DNA of 64,000 nt from Paragordius varius. Lineage: Eukaryota > Animalia > Nematomorpha. Shown here one piece after another: positions 50,335-63,664 of the stretch (position 1 is its first letter; each line of letters opens with the position of its first letter). The DNA lies in contig OZ176054.1 in NCBI GenBank assembly GCA_964247055.1, forward strand, positions 7,254,001 to 7,318,000, given 5' to 3'. The notes under the pieces are model-generated. The model made no database searches. It was not told where the DNA came from and was given only the letters and a program-made list of their open reading frames with translations. Position numbers and translations under genes: made by a program.

Positions 50335-51251
50335 ATCTAGCATATATTAAATATTGTTATTGCACAATGTCGGTATTTTTACATTTATTTCAACTTAAGG
50401 AGAGCCCATTTTTTAAAATTTAAAACCTAATATTAATATTGTTTCCTTTATGAATTGTAGTTTAATATATTTTAATTGAATTTTGATATGTAGCACGCAG
50501 CCAAAAAAATTTATTCGGCTTAATATGCGCTAATTTACCTTTATATATGGAACAACTAACACAAAAGTGTGAGTTATCTTCTCGAATGTCTCATTATAAG
50601 CACCTCGAAATTTTTATACAGTTTTCTATCAGAATATGCATCTTGCATCAGAATACTTTTTATACCCACGGTTATATTCAGTGTTAACTACCTATAACAA
50701 TTAAATTAGTTTATAATACACGCCATATTATAGGGTAAAATAAGAGCGTTAAGTATGTTAAATCGTTTGAATTAATTATTTTCAAATATCGGTGGTTTAG
50801 TGTAAGAACATATGAAAATTATTAAATTTTACTAATTAACGATAAAATAAAATGAGGCTAAAATATATAAACGATTTTTATATATAAAATTTGGATATTT
50901 ATATTATTTTTGGGATAAATTTGCAAAGATGATATATAAAACCATATTAAATCGAAAAAAACAAAAACCCTATTATTACTGAATCCTTACCATACATTAC
51001 ATATTTTTATTTTTTGAGCGTTATACATTTTCTACAATAAAAAAATATGTCAAAATCATTTTACCAGTACATTTTTCATAATTAAATAGAAGACATCATC
51101 GTCATTTTCTCGGTTATATCAAGGAACTCGAAAAAATGAATGTTGTTTACAAAAATGATAATTAAATGAGTTCATGCATTTGTTATTGCGCATAATAAAT
51201 TTGGAGAATTAAGTCAAAAATCTATTTTTATTTTATTTCTATGCATATATA

Positions 51252-54200
51252 ATGAAGCTACTTTTATTTTGGGCAATTTTATTAACTAATATGCTACCTT
51301 TTTTATATGGAAATCCTATAAGCACTTCCAACCCAGATAACATGATAAATACTGTTGATGGCATTTTTATTTTTCGAGAACATGATGAGGAATATGAGGT
51401 TACTTCTAATATTCAATCTATTCATTCAATTTTTTATTTATATAAACAGGATAATGCTAAATTAATTTAAATATATGATATATACAATTATCGAATATAT
51501 GGTAAAAAACCTTTTAAAAAGAGTTTTAAATCTAACTAAGCAGATCTTTACTCTTAAAATGAAAAAAATGGGTTTTATAATTAAATTTTTTGTTTTCCCA
51601 ACCGAAATTTTATGTATAAAAATTAAACTATATAATAAATAGTTCGTCATAAAATAAGTCCACAATTTAATATAAAATATTTGTTATTTGAATTTCAAAA
51701 TTTTGGTATTTACCTGTTTAAAGCCAGCATATAGAAATATATGCACAAAATGCTTCAAACAGCTGATCATCAATAGTGGTGTATTAACTTTTCATACATT
51801 AGCACTTGGATAAAACTCAGTTATTTCAGTTCATCAATCCAAATTGAGGTATCTCGTGATCCCACTGTTTTGAATCTTTTTCAAAAAACATGGAATTAAT
51901 TGAAACCACTGCGAAAATTTGCACTTTTATAACATCGATGAACTGAAATATAAATCAAAATTAATTTAAAAAATTGTTATTATTTATTTTATGGAGAAAC
52001 CAGAAGACTTAAATTTAGACAATATGATTGTGCATTATCGATATATAAAAATATAAATTAATTTATTATATCATGTTATATGTCACAATAATAACTTAAC
52101 TTAAATTTAACGTTACAATTAAAAACACGATGTGCAAATACGTTTCGATGTAGTTTGATATGGACCTTTTTTTTTATAATTTTTATTAGAAGATTAAATT
52201 AAAATTGGGATCAGTAGTTTTTTAAATCAATTTAAATATTGTCTGGGGCCACTAGTTAACCATATTCATATCTAAAAGAATAACATACAAATTTTTACAA
52301 CAAATATATCCGAAAACCTAAATATATTGAATTGCCGGTGGTTTTGAAAAAGTTGTGTAAGTGTTTTGCTGCTTCGCGTATTATGGCAGAGTTTAATTAT
52401 TGGATTTAGATTTTAATTTCGTACACACTTAATTGGTTATATCTTTATTTTTAACTATATTCCCGCACGTTTTATTCATTATGCATGGTGTAATATCTTA
52501 TAGGTTGGTTTCTTTAAGGATAAATCGCAATGAATGGAGAAGCTATATTTTCAATGTTGCAATTAGTCGGAATCGACTTTAGCAAACAACAACAACAACA
52601 ATATCTTATAAAATTAGTCCAGACTAAATTATTTTAATATCAATAATCAATCAGATTAAGCTTTTTCAATAAAATAGTATATTATTTGTTTAGATTTTAT
52701 TATAAAATTTATATTTATAGCGAAATGGCTAGCACTTTGCGAATACTATATAATAGTGATATAAAAATAATTATACAAGCTTGTGCTTTTATAATCATAA
52801 AGCTTCTAAAATGCAAAAATCAGATTTTTTAAGCTAAAACCAACATTTAATTTGTTTAAGGGATATGATTAAAGCATTGGTTTTGTCTAAAAGCGCCATT
52901 TTGCTTTCATGCGCTGACTCCTTAGATTATTGTAAAAACATGTGATTACCCCGTTTCTGTGAAGAAACGATAAAGATAACCTGGTTTAATCAACATTCCA
53001 AAACTTAGTTTTAAATTAAAGGTTAATTTTATCAAAATTTTATTATTTTGTATTTTACTCATCCTATGTTTTTTATAAAATTGAGAAGCCATGTAAAGAC
53101 TAAGATTTTTGGACAAAGGTGATACTTTAGTGTTTTTATATTTTGCTATAAAAATAATATGAAATTTTATGAAATACTTTTAGTATTATCAAAATATTTG
53201 CACTTTATACCCTTTAATTTATTAAAAAAGTATGTGAAACCATACATATTTTTGTATTTTTATATTATTATCGCAAAATTTAGCCCAACAGCTGATAGCT
53301 TAGGCGTAGTTTTTTTAGCTTATCTTACTTATATGCAACATGACTCCCTAATTTTCTTTCAATTCCTCCAATAATATTATTTGGCGGCTCAATGATAAAT
53401 GAATTATTTAAAGGGCTTTAAAATGAAATTTATTACATTTTGTAAAAAATATTTTATTAAAATCCAAACCGCGCTGTACATATTTATTTCTTATTACTTT
53501 CTAATATAGCAACTAAGTTTACTTCAATTATTAAATTTATGCAATTTTCAATTTTTTAGAGAATACCAGATAACAAACTTGACCGATATTATTACCAAAC
53601 TGAGAGTCCAGGTATTTACACACAAATCATATTTTCCGAAAGTATATATTTTATTATATAAATGCTTTTTACAATTATCTACCAAATATAAAAGTTAAAC
53701 ATTTATGGGATAACCCTAAGAGTTCTTAAAACACTATAAAACCGTTATTCGTGAAAAATGGAATATTAATACAAATGAAAATCCTTTAATTAACGATGTT
53801 TTATAATTATCTTTGTTAGTTTTACATAATTTGCACCGAAGAACTTTATGCTAATATTGGCCCTATGTATTTAATAAAACTAATATGAATTCGTTATGAT
53901 AACAAGAGCTATTATTGGCTATTTTAGTTTCTGGCTAAAAGTGATATTTATTTTATATGTCTGTAGATTTGTGTGATTTTTTTAATTATATAGGGGGACA
54001 AAATATACAGTTGCGCCTGTTTGCAAATAAATATCTTATTAGCAATAATTTTAATGTAATTAAAAAAATGAACAATCTATTCACCAACAGGCACTTCAAT
54101 ATAATACCCTTTAAGCCTGAGTTAAAATACCGACATGGGCAATAATAGATCTCGTTACTGCATTCATTTAATTATAAAATATATTTATTATAAAACTATT

Positions 54201-55391
54201 TTGAAGATATGGTCGACGGGATCTTCATTTACGAAAGAGAAAACGGCCAAGAAGAATATGCGGTATTTTGTTATATTTATCCTAAACTTCTTTTTCTCTA
54301 CCTAAAATGTGGTCTTTTTTAGAAAAACACATGAAGAATTACACTAAATTGTATGTAATAAGCAATGTTTATCCTACTAAAAAATGCAACTTTACATCTA
54401 ACACAATTTTGGCCCATTAATGGGTGAAGAAAACCGAAGGGAAATTTTTTTAACTATTGACTTAAAAATATGATAAATGTATATAAAATTTTTCAATTTT
54501 TTATAAGCATTACAGAGGATGATTATTTTTCATATAACACATAATATAAATCAAGGGTCATTTGACTGTCATTAGTAGATATTTCTATATAATATTTTTT
54601 ATAATATTTTTAGGGCCGTTTTATATATAACAAAAGATAAGTTACAAGATAACCCATATATATAGAAAAATTTATTTAAAAGAGTGTTTTAATGGGTAGA
54701 TGGGAAAAAAGTTGCATGATAAGTGGAATTATACATATTTGGTTTAAGGGGTTGTTAGTGCGCATTCGAGAATAAAATCAATTAATTCTTGCGTTTTCCT
54801 TTTTTTAGGACCTTAGCTTATTTAGTTTTTTTGGATTATGGGGAAAAAGGTTAGAGAATTTAATTTGAAAAAATATAGTAACGCCGTAAGAAAAAGTTTG
54901 CAAAACGATAAAAGGTGTGGAAAACTAATTTAATGTTCAGATTAAATATACATTTAAGGGACAGTAGCTACTAATTATATTTATGTTAGAAGTTAGAACT
55001 AAAGGTTTACCAATTTCAATTTTATAAACCTTAAAAATTGATCAACTATGATGATTAGCTTTTTATATTTATCTGTCTATACTATAGATATTATCAATGA
55101 AAAATCTGAATATTTATGCTAAAATATTGGTTAGATATTTTATTATGTATAAAACTATTGGTATGGAAAATTGCAGATAAAAGGAACATTTTATCTATAA
55201 CAAAAGCCTTCCCTTGCAAAAAATCGATTCTTGTAGGGCTTTTTAAAACAGGCAAACAGTTTAATAACTCTGATTGAGTGAAAACCTTCCAAATAATAAC
55301 CATATTATATATAATATTAATTTTTTATTTTTATTTTTAGACCATTCCAAATAACGAATTAAAGAAATTTTTATACCGAACTAATCACTGA
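51252..55391 (+). CDS. Orphan secreted protein, 101 aa, signal peptide plus two ~35-aa internal repeats; 4 exons
   Basis: Exons 51252-51398, 53560-53611, 54207-54262 and 55341-55391 join with GT-AG ends and matching phases (0,1,0) to give MKLLLFWAILLTNMLPFLYG-NPISTSNPDNMINTVDGIFIFREHDEEYERIPDNKLDRYYYQTESP-DMVDGIFIYERENGQEEYATIPNNELKKFLYRTNH*. The two repeats support each other's exon calls. Confidence 0.8.
52519..52601 (+). mobile_element. 3' end of an RTE/BovB-like retroposon with a (CAA)n tail, in intron 1 of the 101-aa secreted gene
   Basis: Translates as NRNEWRSYIFNVAISRNRL*, resembling the BovB ORF end (DREAWRAAIHGVAKSRTRL, from memory), directly followed by caaacaacaacaacaacaa. Confidence 0.65.
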
Positions 55392-55694
55392 AAATCACAA
55401 ATCATATATTTTTTGACAAAAACCAATTCTACTAATGCATTTCTGAATTCAACCAAATAAATGATGTCTAGATACTTTTCATTTTAATGTTTATTTGTTT
55501 TAATCATGTATAAATCGTTAAAATTAAATTTAAGAGCCTAGATGTTTTTGTTGTAATGCATAAGTTGCAAAAAATAAAAATAAAAAGGCTGATAATCGCA
55601 GGAGTCAAATAAAGTTATATCCCTCCCATACATTGTCAAAAACAATTTGAAGGTCCTTTTATATTCTTAACTGTCAAACTTTTTATATCTAAAA

Positions 55695-57961
55695 CAGTGG
55701 TACTCAAACCGCGGGCCGCATGCATGCCTGAGAGTTTTTTAAAAATGCCCTATGAGCGTATTGATACTTAAATTATTTTTTTTATTGATGAATTTTAAAA
55801 ATACACATAAACGAATTTTGGCTTATTTAATTATTAATTTATTTTTAGATTTAATTTTGGTTATTTTTATGACCAAATTTGAAATATAGAAAAATTTCCC
55901 TACATTAATATGATTTCAAAATTTTAACAAGCGTTTCTGTTTCTATATTCTATTTTCTTTTCAATTTTGAAATTTTCATTGCATTCTTTTTTTGTATTTA
56001 AGCAAGCCTTTCACCCAAACTTGCATATACATATTCTTTTCATGCTATCCTGCATCATTTTTTATAATGCATATCTGTTTTTTTATAGCATAGTTCAAAT
56101 TATATTCCTATTTTTCGAAAAAAATTACATAATATTTAAACATAAATTTAAACGATGACATCTAATGCATTATCCGATGAAAATCGATCCTTTAAAAAGG
56201 AACGGGAAGAAAAATTCTTTGTCGTTTTAAATAAAAATGTTGTTACCTGCCTTGTATGTAAAGACAACATAATTATAAAAAATACAATATTAAAAGACAT
56301 TTTACTATCCATTATTTTCATAAATTACCTGAAAATCATGAGGAAAGAAACGAAAAAAAATCAAAAGATTAAGGAATTATCCCGGAAAAAAAATCTGTCC
56401 AGCTTATGAAAATATATTTTAGAAAAAATGTGAAACCATTAACTGATTCCCAACTAATAAAAATAAATGGTTGCACTTTTTTATTTGATAAATTTCATTA
56501 TAAAGATAAAATCATGAGGCAAATTAAAAAACTTCAACTTTCTGATTCAATATGTCGACGCATTGAAGATCTGTCTAAATATATTTTTAACAAAACATTA
56601 TTGGCTCTGAAAAACTGCATATATTTTAGTATCGCTATTGATTCTAGCATGATTTTAGTTCAATACCTTAATGTACTCTCTTCGTGAGATTTTGCAACGA
56701 CAACATAATCCACGAGAAATATTTAAAATAATACCACGAAAGAAAGTGATTTTCTCGAAATAATTAGCAAATTTTTTTGATAATAATGGTATATCTATAA
56801 AAAAATTGATTTCTATTACTCTTTTAAAAAAAATAATTTGTAAAATATTTTATCCTTCTTTATTCATCAGCAAAACTTGGTTTCGAGTGTAAATGAATCA
56901 CTCAATCCAGTAATTTAAACGGTTGTGGATATAGTTAACCACATCCGTGGCAGAGAATTTAACCGCCGTAAATTCAAAAACCTTTTGAAAGATATCCACA
57001 GTGAGTTTGATGATGTTCTTTTGTACTCCGATGTGAGATGGCTAAACATTAGCAAAGTGAATAGATTTTTTGTTTTAAGACATGAAATTCTATTTTTTAT
57101 AAAAGATAACATAAAGATTAACGAGGAAATTAATAAGGACAAATGATGGGTTAATTAGCCTACCTTTGAGACATTAAAATTAAGTATTTTCAATAAAAGT
57201 CTTCAAGGGTGAAGAATAATTTCCCAATTCGCTGATCAAATTGCTTTTGAAGAAGAATTAATAATATAAAAACAAGATTTTATAAATAAAACACTGATAT
57301 ATTTTTTAACACTTAAAACGATTCATGAAGAAACATGAAATTTACCGCGGAGATTTTAATAGTAGACAATTATTTAACATTTTTATCCAATGAGTTGAAA
57401 TTCAGATTTCAAGAATTGAGAAATATTAAAATCCAATATAAGTAACTTGGGCATTTGGGTTTTGATCAGGCGCTTATAATTGAAGAATTCGTAAATTTTA
57501 TAAAAGATTCCAATTTGGAGGCTATATTCATGGAGAATCGTAGTTAAGAAAGATAAGTAGAGTGTTGACGTGTGCAAATAAATATAAAAATATAAAAAAA
57601 TTGCTCAAGTTATCAACTGTTTTTCCCTTAACTTACACGTGTACGGCATATTCTAAAATGAAGTATGTCAAGAATACATAGATAAATCGCTTAACCGATG
57701 ATTATATGGACGACGTACTGTCATGAGGGCAAAACCAAATTGTTAAAAATTATTGGTTACTATAAATGTTGTTATCAAAATATTTTAATTTTTAACGTGC
57801 AAAACGAGTTTTTGGGATCCACAAAAAAATAATTGTGCTGATTTTAGGTATAAAATGTGCACACGTGTCAAATAATGGAATTTTAGCCATTATAAGGTTC
57901 ATGGCCCTCGATAAAATTATATTATATTTGGCCCGTCAAATTTTTTTGGTGAGTACCACTG
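55695..57961 (+). mobile_element. Decayed hAT transposon of the Buster/SPIN/Charlie group with a pseudogenised transposase
   Basis: 12-bp TIRs CAGTGGTACTCA ... TGAGTACCACTG. Frameshifted remnants in order: ENRSFKKE.EEKFFV..TCLVC..KYNIKRHF (BED-like finger, 56176-56305), LSDSICRRIEDLS...FSIAIDSS (first catalytic Asp region), IHQQNL (56863-56880), IVNHIRGREFNRRKFKNLL..SDVRWL. Multiple stops and deletions. Confidence 0.9.
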
Positions 57962-58715
57962 CGCTAATCTATGGCCCATGCTTTTTTGAAAAAACTCTTT
58001 GTTATTATTTAAACTATCATCATCATAAATTACCCCATAAACATTTAAATGAATATATAATTATGTGAGCCTCTTTTTTAGACATAAATACTATAAAACA
58101 CTATAACAACTCTGGTGTTTTTAGATAAATGGTCAATTATATTTTGTGACAATTCTTAATAGATTTTACTGAATTGAAATGATAAGTTATTTTTACTTAG
58201 GAAAAATTTTAAAATAGTGGACATCAGTTTCCTGGGTGGTTCACAACGACGGCTCTCACACAACGTAATCCAGTTAATTTTATAACCGCCTAAGGGATAA
58301 TTAGGCGATTTTGTGATATGCGATAGTTTATGGATTATAATTTTTTAAAAATACATGTGATTTTGTGTGAAAAGTCAGCGCCACAATGTTAATCATGGCT
58401 TTTAAACTCAAAGCGCTTTTTTACATTATGCAGTTTATAGATTCTCGATTGGTACGGTCACCATAATGATTTATGAATTGGTATAAAAAAGTATAATTAT
58501 GATTAAAATTTATTATTTACAAATATTAATATATTAAATATAACAAAAATATTTTTTATTCAGAGAAATATGATAAAAACAAAATTATAATATTTTTTAT
58601 TAATTGGTAGACAGGCGCGCAACTAAATAAAATACAAAGTGAATGGAAATTGAAGGTTAAAATAATATTTATTTTATTTTATAATAACTGAAATAATTTT
58701 ATACTTTTCCATTAA

Positions 58716-58719
<4 letters not shown>

Positions 58720-58749
<30 letters not shown>
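58720..58749. repeat. (TA)n microsatellite, ~15 units
   Basis: Directly visible. Confidence 0.95.
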
Positions 58750-58754
<5 letters not shown>

Positions 58755-58884
58755 AATAATAAATATTTCATGTTATAACATAACTGTTAAAACCAACATT
58801 TTCGAGTATTCTAATCAATTATATTATATAATAATTATCAATTAATTGAAGTAAGAGATTAGGAAATCTATTTTGCTCCGAAAC

Positions 58885-61360
58885 TTACCATCTAATTTGA
58901 TTATTTATCCCATGTGTGGGTGGTCCTTTACGGGCCCTGTTAGGGCGTTCACGTTCCCCACACCGGGAAAAGTAACAGTCATAAACAGCACCAAAATCGA
59001 ATTGGCGTAATCGTTTATTGCATTCCCTTTTACAATTTCTACATTCGGCGGCTAAATATAATTAAAAATGGAATTGACAGAGTTGTATTTGTTGATTGAT
59101 AAGAATAATACTGAGTTGGAATTATAAAATGTGGTTTAATCAATAATTTAATGGTGATAAGGCTTCTCTTCATATTTATTATATTTATAATGCACACAAT
59201 TATATGATTAATTATTAAACTTTAAATTTATGTTGTGGCCAGTTCACGTTATTTTGGGTCAATTGGCAAAACAGTGGCATAAGGATAAAAAAGAACAAAT
59301 GGTTAAATTTAAACACCACTTTATTCACCCTTAAAACATAGAATTTTTTGTTATTAACTTTATTATTGATAACATTATATCATACCCTACTGTATTACTA
59401 ATTGGCCAACATAAATGTGCATATTGTACGTAAATATTCTATTCTTACGGCGTTCCAATATAACTGGCCTTTGTCGGTAACAGGGTGCCGCTGGATGCGA
59501 AGATGACTCAAGAAATCGAGGCCCTGCAAAAGCAAAAGCTCCCCCAGCCCCGACAGCAGCTAAACCAGGAACAGCCCAGTTTCCTACATTATTAGCGCCA
59601 TAATATCCTCCGGATTCGTAATAACCCCCTGAGGGCGCAAGCGTTTGGGAAGGTAATCTGTTTGTAACGACCACCACACCAGTTCTCCCGTCCTGCTGAC
59701 CCGACTGTTGAACATTGTAATAAACTCCTCCTACTGGCACATTGGCAACATTGACTCCACGACTATCCGCTATTCATATTGGATGGAACATTTTTTATAC
59801 AGTAAAAATCCTTTTTATATAGGTAGACAGACAGACAAAACGTTAAAATATAAAGACGAATATATATTTTTTTCCAAAAGACGAGACCATGCTTTATAAC
59901 CCTTATTTTTTCCCATATAAATCATTTAATTACTACAATTTCAATAATTGAGTATCCAAATTACATCGCTATATCGGACTATGCGATTTTAAACAATATT
60001 TATCAAAATTTTAAAAGTTTGGTTGTTTTTGAAAAAAATAGTCTTTATATTTATACGCTTTGTCCGTATAATTTCAATTTTTACTGTTATATAAAACAGG
60101 GAAACGTTTAGTCGTCATTGCATTAAATAATTAATTTTTATATAATAATAAGATACTCGAACAGTTTATGTGTACCATTCATAAACTGTGGCTTATATAA
60201 ATAGTATCCAGAAAAATAATTTACTCATGCAACTATTAATATGGAAAATATTGATGTCATAATATTACAAATTAAATTGTAAATAAGAGTAAATCGTATG
60301 TAACTGACTAAATTCTGCAAAATTGTTTGACTGATGTAATTTAGCATGTTTAGGGCGTATGTTCTCACTAGTATTTGGTGTACTACGGTTGGTACAAAAG
60401 TTTTCTATACAATTTTATTTTTATTATCTACGATGGGTGTAATTCTTACCCACATTTCTTAATATAATTAGAATGATTTTATATCTTGTGTTCTTCAGAA
60501 TGCCCGATGCCTTTTGCTGATGTCGTTTTAATTCCATTTATTGTTGCTCATTATTATGACAGTTTCAAAATGCGAACGGGGGGATGTGTGCTCAAGGAAC
60601 AATTATATAAGTAAATTAGGACCTCATCAAAAAATCAAAGTACTGACTTATCTAATCTGTTTATACCGTTGTTTACTTTTAAAAAACTTATTATCACATG
60701 CGATGAAAGTGGGCTATAGGGTACAAGAATATTTTTGTATTTTCGTCGTTTTTAAAAATAAATTAAAAATTGATTTACTTGATGTGCTGTAAGTGGAAGT
60801 GTATTTGGGTTTACCGTATTCACAAATTTCACAATTAGTTTTGGAGACCCATTGACCGTTCTCTAGACTCCAATAATCGCACCCATTCCCAGTACACCGG
60901 ACAGTTGATACACCTAATTATATAATATCATATTGACTTGAAAAAATGACAATATCAAATTTAAAAGGGTTATTTTTTAAAAAAATTATAATTTTAAATT
61001 ATTTTCTTGTTTATATTAAATTCTTTTTGGGTTTAGTCAGCAATTACAGATATAAAAATTTTTTACACATGAATCAACTTCTTTGGATAGAAAAGTATAA
61101 ATGATGAAAACTTTCGACAAGATATCATTGTGGCGCTAAACAAAATATATTAATTTCCAAAATATTAATTAATTTTATTAGGACAAATATATACTAGGGA
61201 CTTCATGCTAATAGTAATTAGCCTACAGCCCATATATTTTAAAGCTAACTTTTATTTTTATATAAGCAATTAAAATTAAAATATAATTTATTTTACCGAT
61301 AGCATCGAATTGTGCAATCGTAGCAATTAGAAGCAAGAAGATACAGACTAGAAATTTCAT
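58885..61360 (-). CDS. Orphan secreted protein, about 260 aa, Cys-rich ends flanking a Gly/Tyr/Ala-rich middle; 5 exons, possible alternative last exon ending at 58556
   Basis: Minus-strand exons 61360-61297 (signal peptide MKFLVCIFLLLIATIAQFDAI), 60913-60779 (GVSTVRCTGNGCDYWSLENGQWVSKTNCEICEY...), 60404-60309 (less certain), 59769-59449 (GGVYY...GGYYESGGYYG...GAGGAFAFAG; covers most of the 117-aa ORF) and 59051-58885 (AECRNCKRECNKRLRQFDFGAVYDCYFSRCG...IRW*). All four introns are phase 1 and the internal exons are 135, 96 and 321 nt, all multiples of 3. Confidence 0.7.
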
Positions 61361-63664
61361 TTTGGTCAAATTTATTATTTTATTTAATGCAATAAGGAGA
61401 TGGTAAAAATATTTTTTAAAACTAACAAATACAATTATTGAATATCATTTTCAAACCACACACACATATATATTTCTGCAATTAATTTTTTGTTATATAT
61501 ATAATATATTAATATACAACAAATGTCGTTCGTTTGTAATATCATTTTTTATTGTGTTTTAGTTTAACTAATAATAAAGAATATATATAATGAAAACAAG
61601 CGGTTTTATCAATATTATGTCAAATATACATTTTTTTTATTGTTTTTCTATTCAAATATATCTCAATCTATACATATGGGATGCCAAAATATTATGAGTG
61701 ATTTGGAGATAAATAATTATTTTTTTATGGTTTTAAAATTATCGTTGTAAAACTGCATACGCATTTATGATCAGTTTTTGAGAACACGAAATTAATATTT
61801 AACGGGTGTGATTATAACAATAAGGTGCGAAAATACCATATACCATTATGTTTTTAATAACAACACCTATTTTTCATATATGTTTTACTTTAAATGGAGC
61901 ATTGGGAAATCAAGACCCGTTAGTTTTCTTTTTAACTTTTAACTGCATTTATTTGTGGGAATAATTTATTGTTTTATTGAATTTCTAATTATATGTGTGT
62001 AATAATTAGTTAGATAAGCATACTAAACGGCAAACGTAATAACTGATAGGAAGGAAGTAATTTGGGAGTATGATTAAACAAGCTACTAATTGTAATTTAT
62101 ATTTTTTATATTTACTTATTATTTTAGGATGCTTGGTTCTATTAGATTTACTTTTGCCTTTGATTTATATATTGAATCAAGTTTTATCCAACGCTTAGCA
62201 ATTTTGAAAATTTCCGTCAATTCTCTATGAATCCATTGATATCAATTTAATGGTGCTAGAAAAATACCTGATTTGGGAAAACTAAAAAATATTTAATATA
62301 AATTTTTAGCACAAGGATTTTACAAAAATGAAAATTTATTTGGATAAATTATAAAATAATATTAAATTACCAAAGCTAAACTTTGATAACCTTTTAGAAT
62401 GACTCATCCATCTAAAAAAATAAAAAAATAAATGTATTTATTGCCATGATATAATTTGATAAAAATGTAATTTTTAACAAAAAAAGTATCGAAGTCAAGA
62501 TCATTAAGCAGATGATCTTGTTATTGTTCAATAAGCATTAAACATTTTGTAACGGAATTGCAATGCAATTAAGTCATTGTCAAGGTCTCATTCTCAACAT
62601 ATATTATAACCGTTTTGTTTTTTATAAACCAAGATGAGAGTTTACAAAATATGTTAATATATATATAAAACAATCGTGTTTAAATCAAACTAAAATCATT
62701 TATTTATATGACAAACACCTTTTCGTGTTTTAATTTGTTAGCGTATCAGTATGTGTATAGTAATATTAAACAATAGACTCATAATTTAATCAATCAACAT
62801 ACTTGACTATATAAGGCCAATTATATAATGTGTCCTTGATAAGTTTACGATCAAAGATCAATTTTTTCTTTTGAAAATTATAACCAATTTATCCAAATCT
62901 TTTTATATTATTAAGGGTATGCTTATTAACCAAATTTAATGGAAATATATATACTCTCTAAGTCAAATAGTTGTGTCGTAATAATGATGAAGGCTAATAA
63001 GCTAGTAAAATAAAGATTACAATAGTGAGAGATGTTCTTATAAAATTTACGTTTTATTTAAAATTGATTTCACTTCAAAAAGTTATTAATTTAATACCAA
63101 TTCACAGATATCTCTCAATGTATTAATATATAAAGGACTGAAAAGCCTTATATGTTATATTATGGTATTTTATTATTAAATAACATATTTTTAGAATATG
63201 GTTCAAAACTAGTTCTTTGATCAATTTATTAATATAATAATGTTATTTCTTTTTGTTTTAAGTGAAATATAGAAATACTTGTATATTTGGCGAATTTATT
63301 AATTAGATAGCGTATTTAAATTCTGTATTTTGACTTTTAAAACGATCCATGATAAATTGGAATCCGTTATGATTATGCATCGAACAATCCTAAATACTCA
63401 TTAAAATAATAAAATATAATTATCTATGGCCACAATAATATGCCGATAAATATTACATATAACAATTAATATTAACCAATTTTGACAAATCTGATTATTA
63501 TAACAGGCCAATCTAATGTCATAATTTTTATTTTCAAACACCTTGATGCAAGGTAAGACAAAACAACTCACATAAATTTTGAGGAAAGGTTTAAAATTGA
63601 AAATTGCATTGTTTTTTAAACAATCACAAAAAATAATTTAAAAATTTATAGCATTAAAATAGAT

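Noticed and set aside
51252-55391. Classical neuropeptide precursor
   Set aside because: No repeated G-K/R amidation or dibasic cleavage sites bounding the repeats.
58215-58310. tRNA or tRNA-derived SINE
   Set aside because: No cloverleaf and no convincing A/B boxes; only a 7-bp hairpin (cgcctaa...ttaggcg).
60161-60189. 10-bp perfect stem-loop (acagtttatg...cataaactgt) as a pre-miRNA or terminator
   Set aside because: Too short for a pre-miRNA and plausible by chance in AT-rich DNA.
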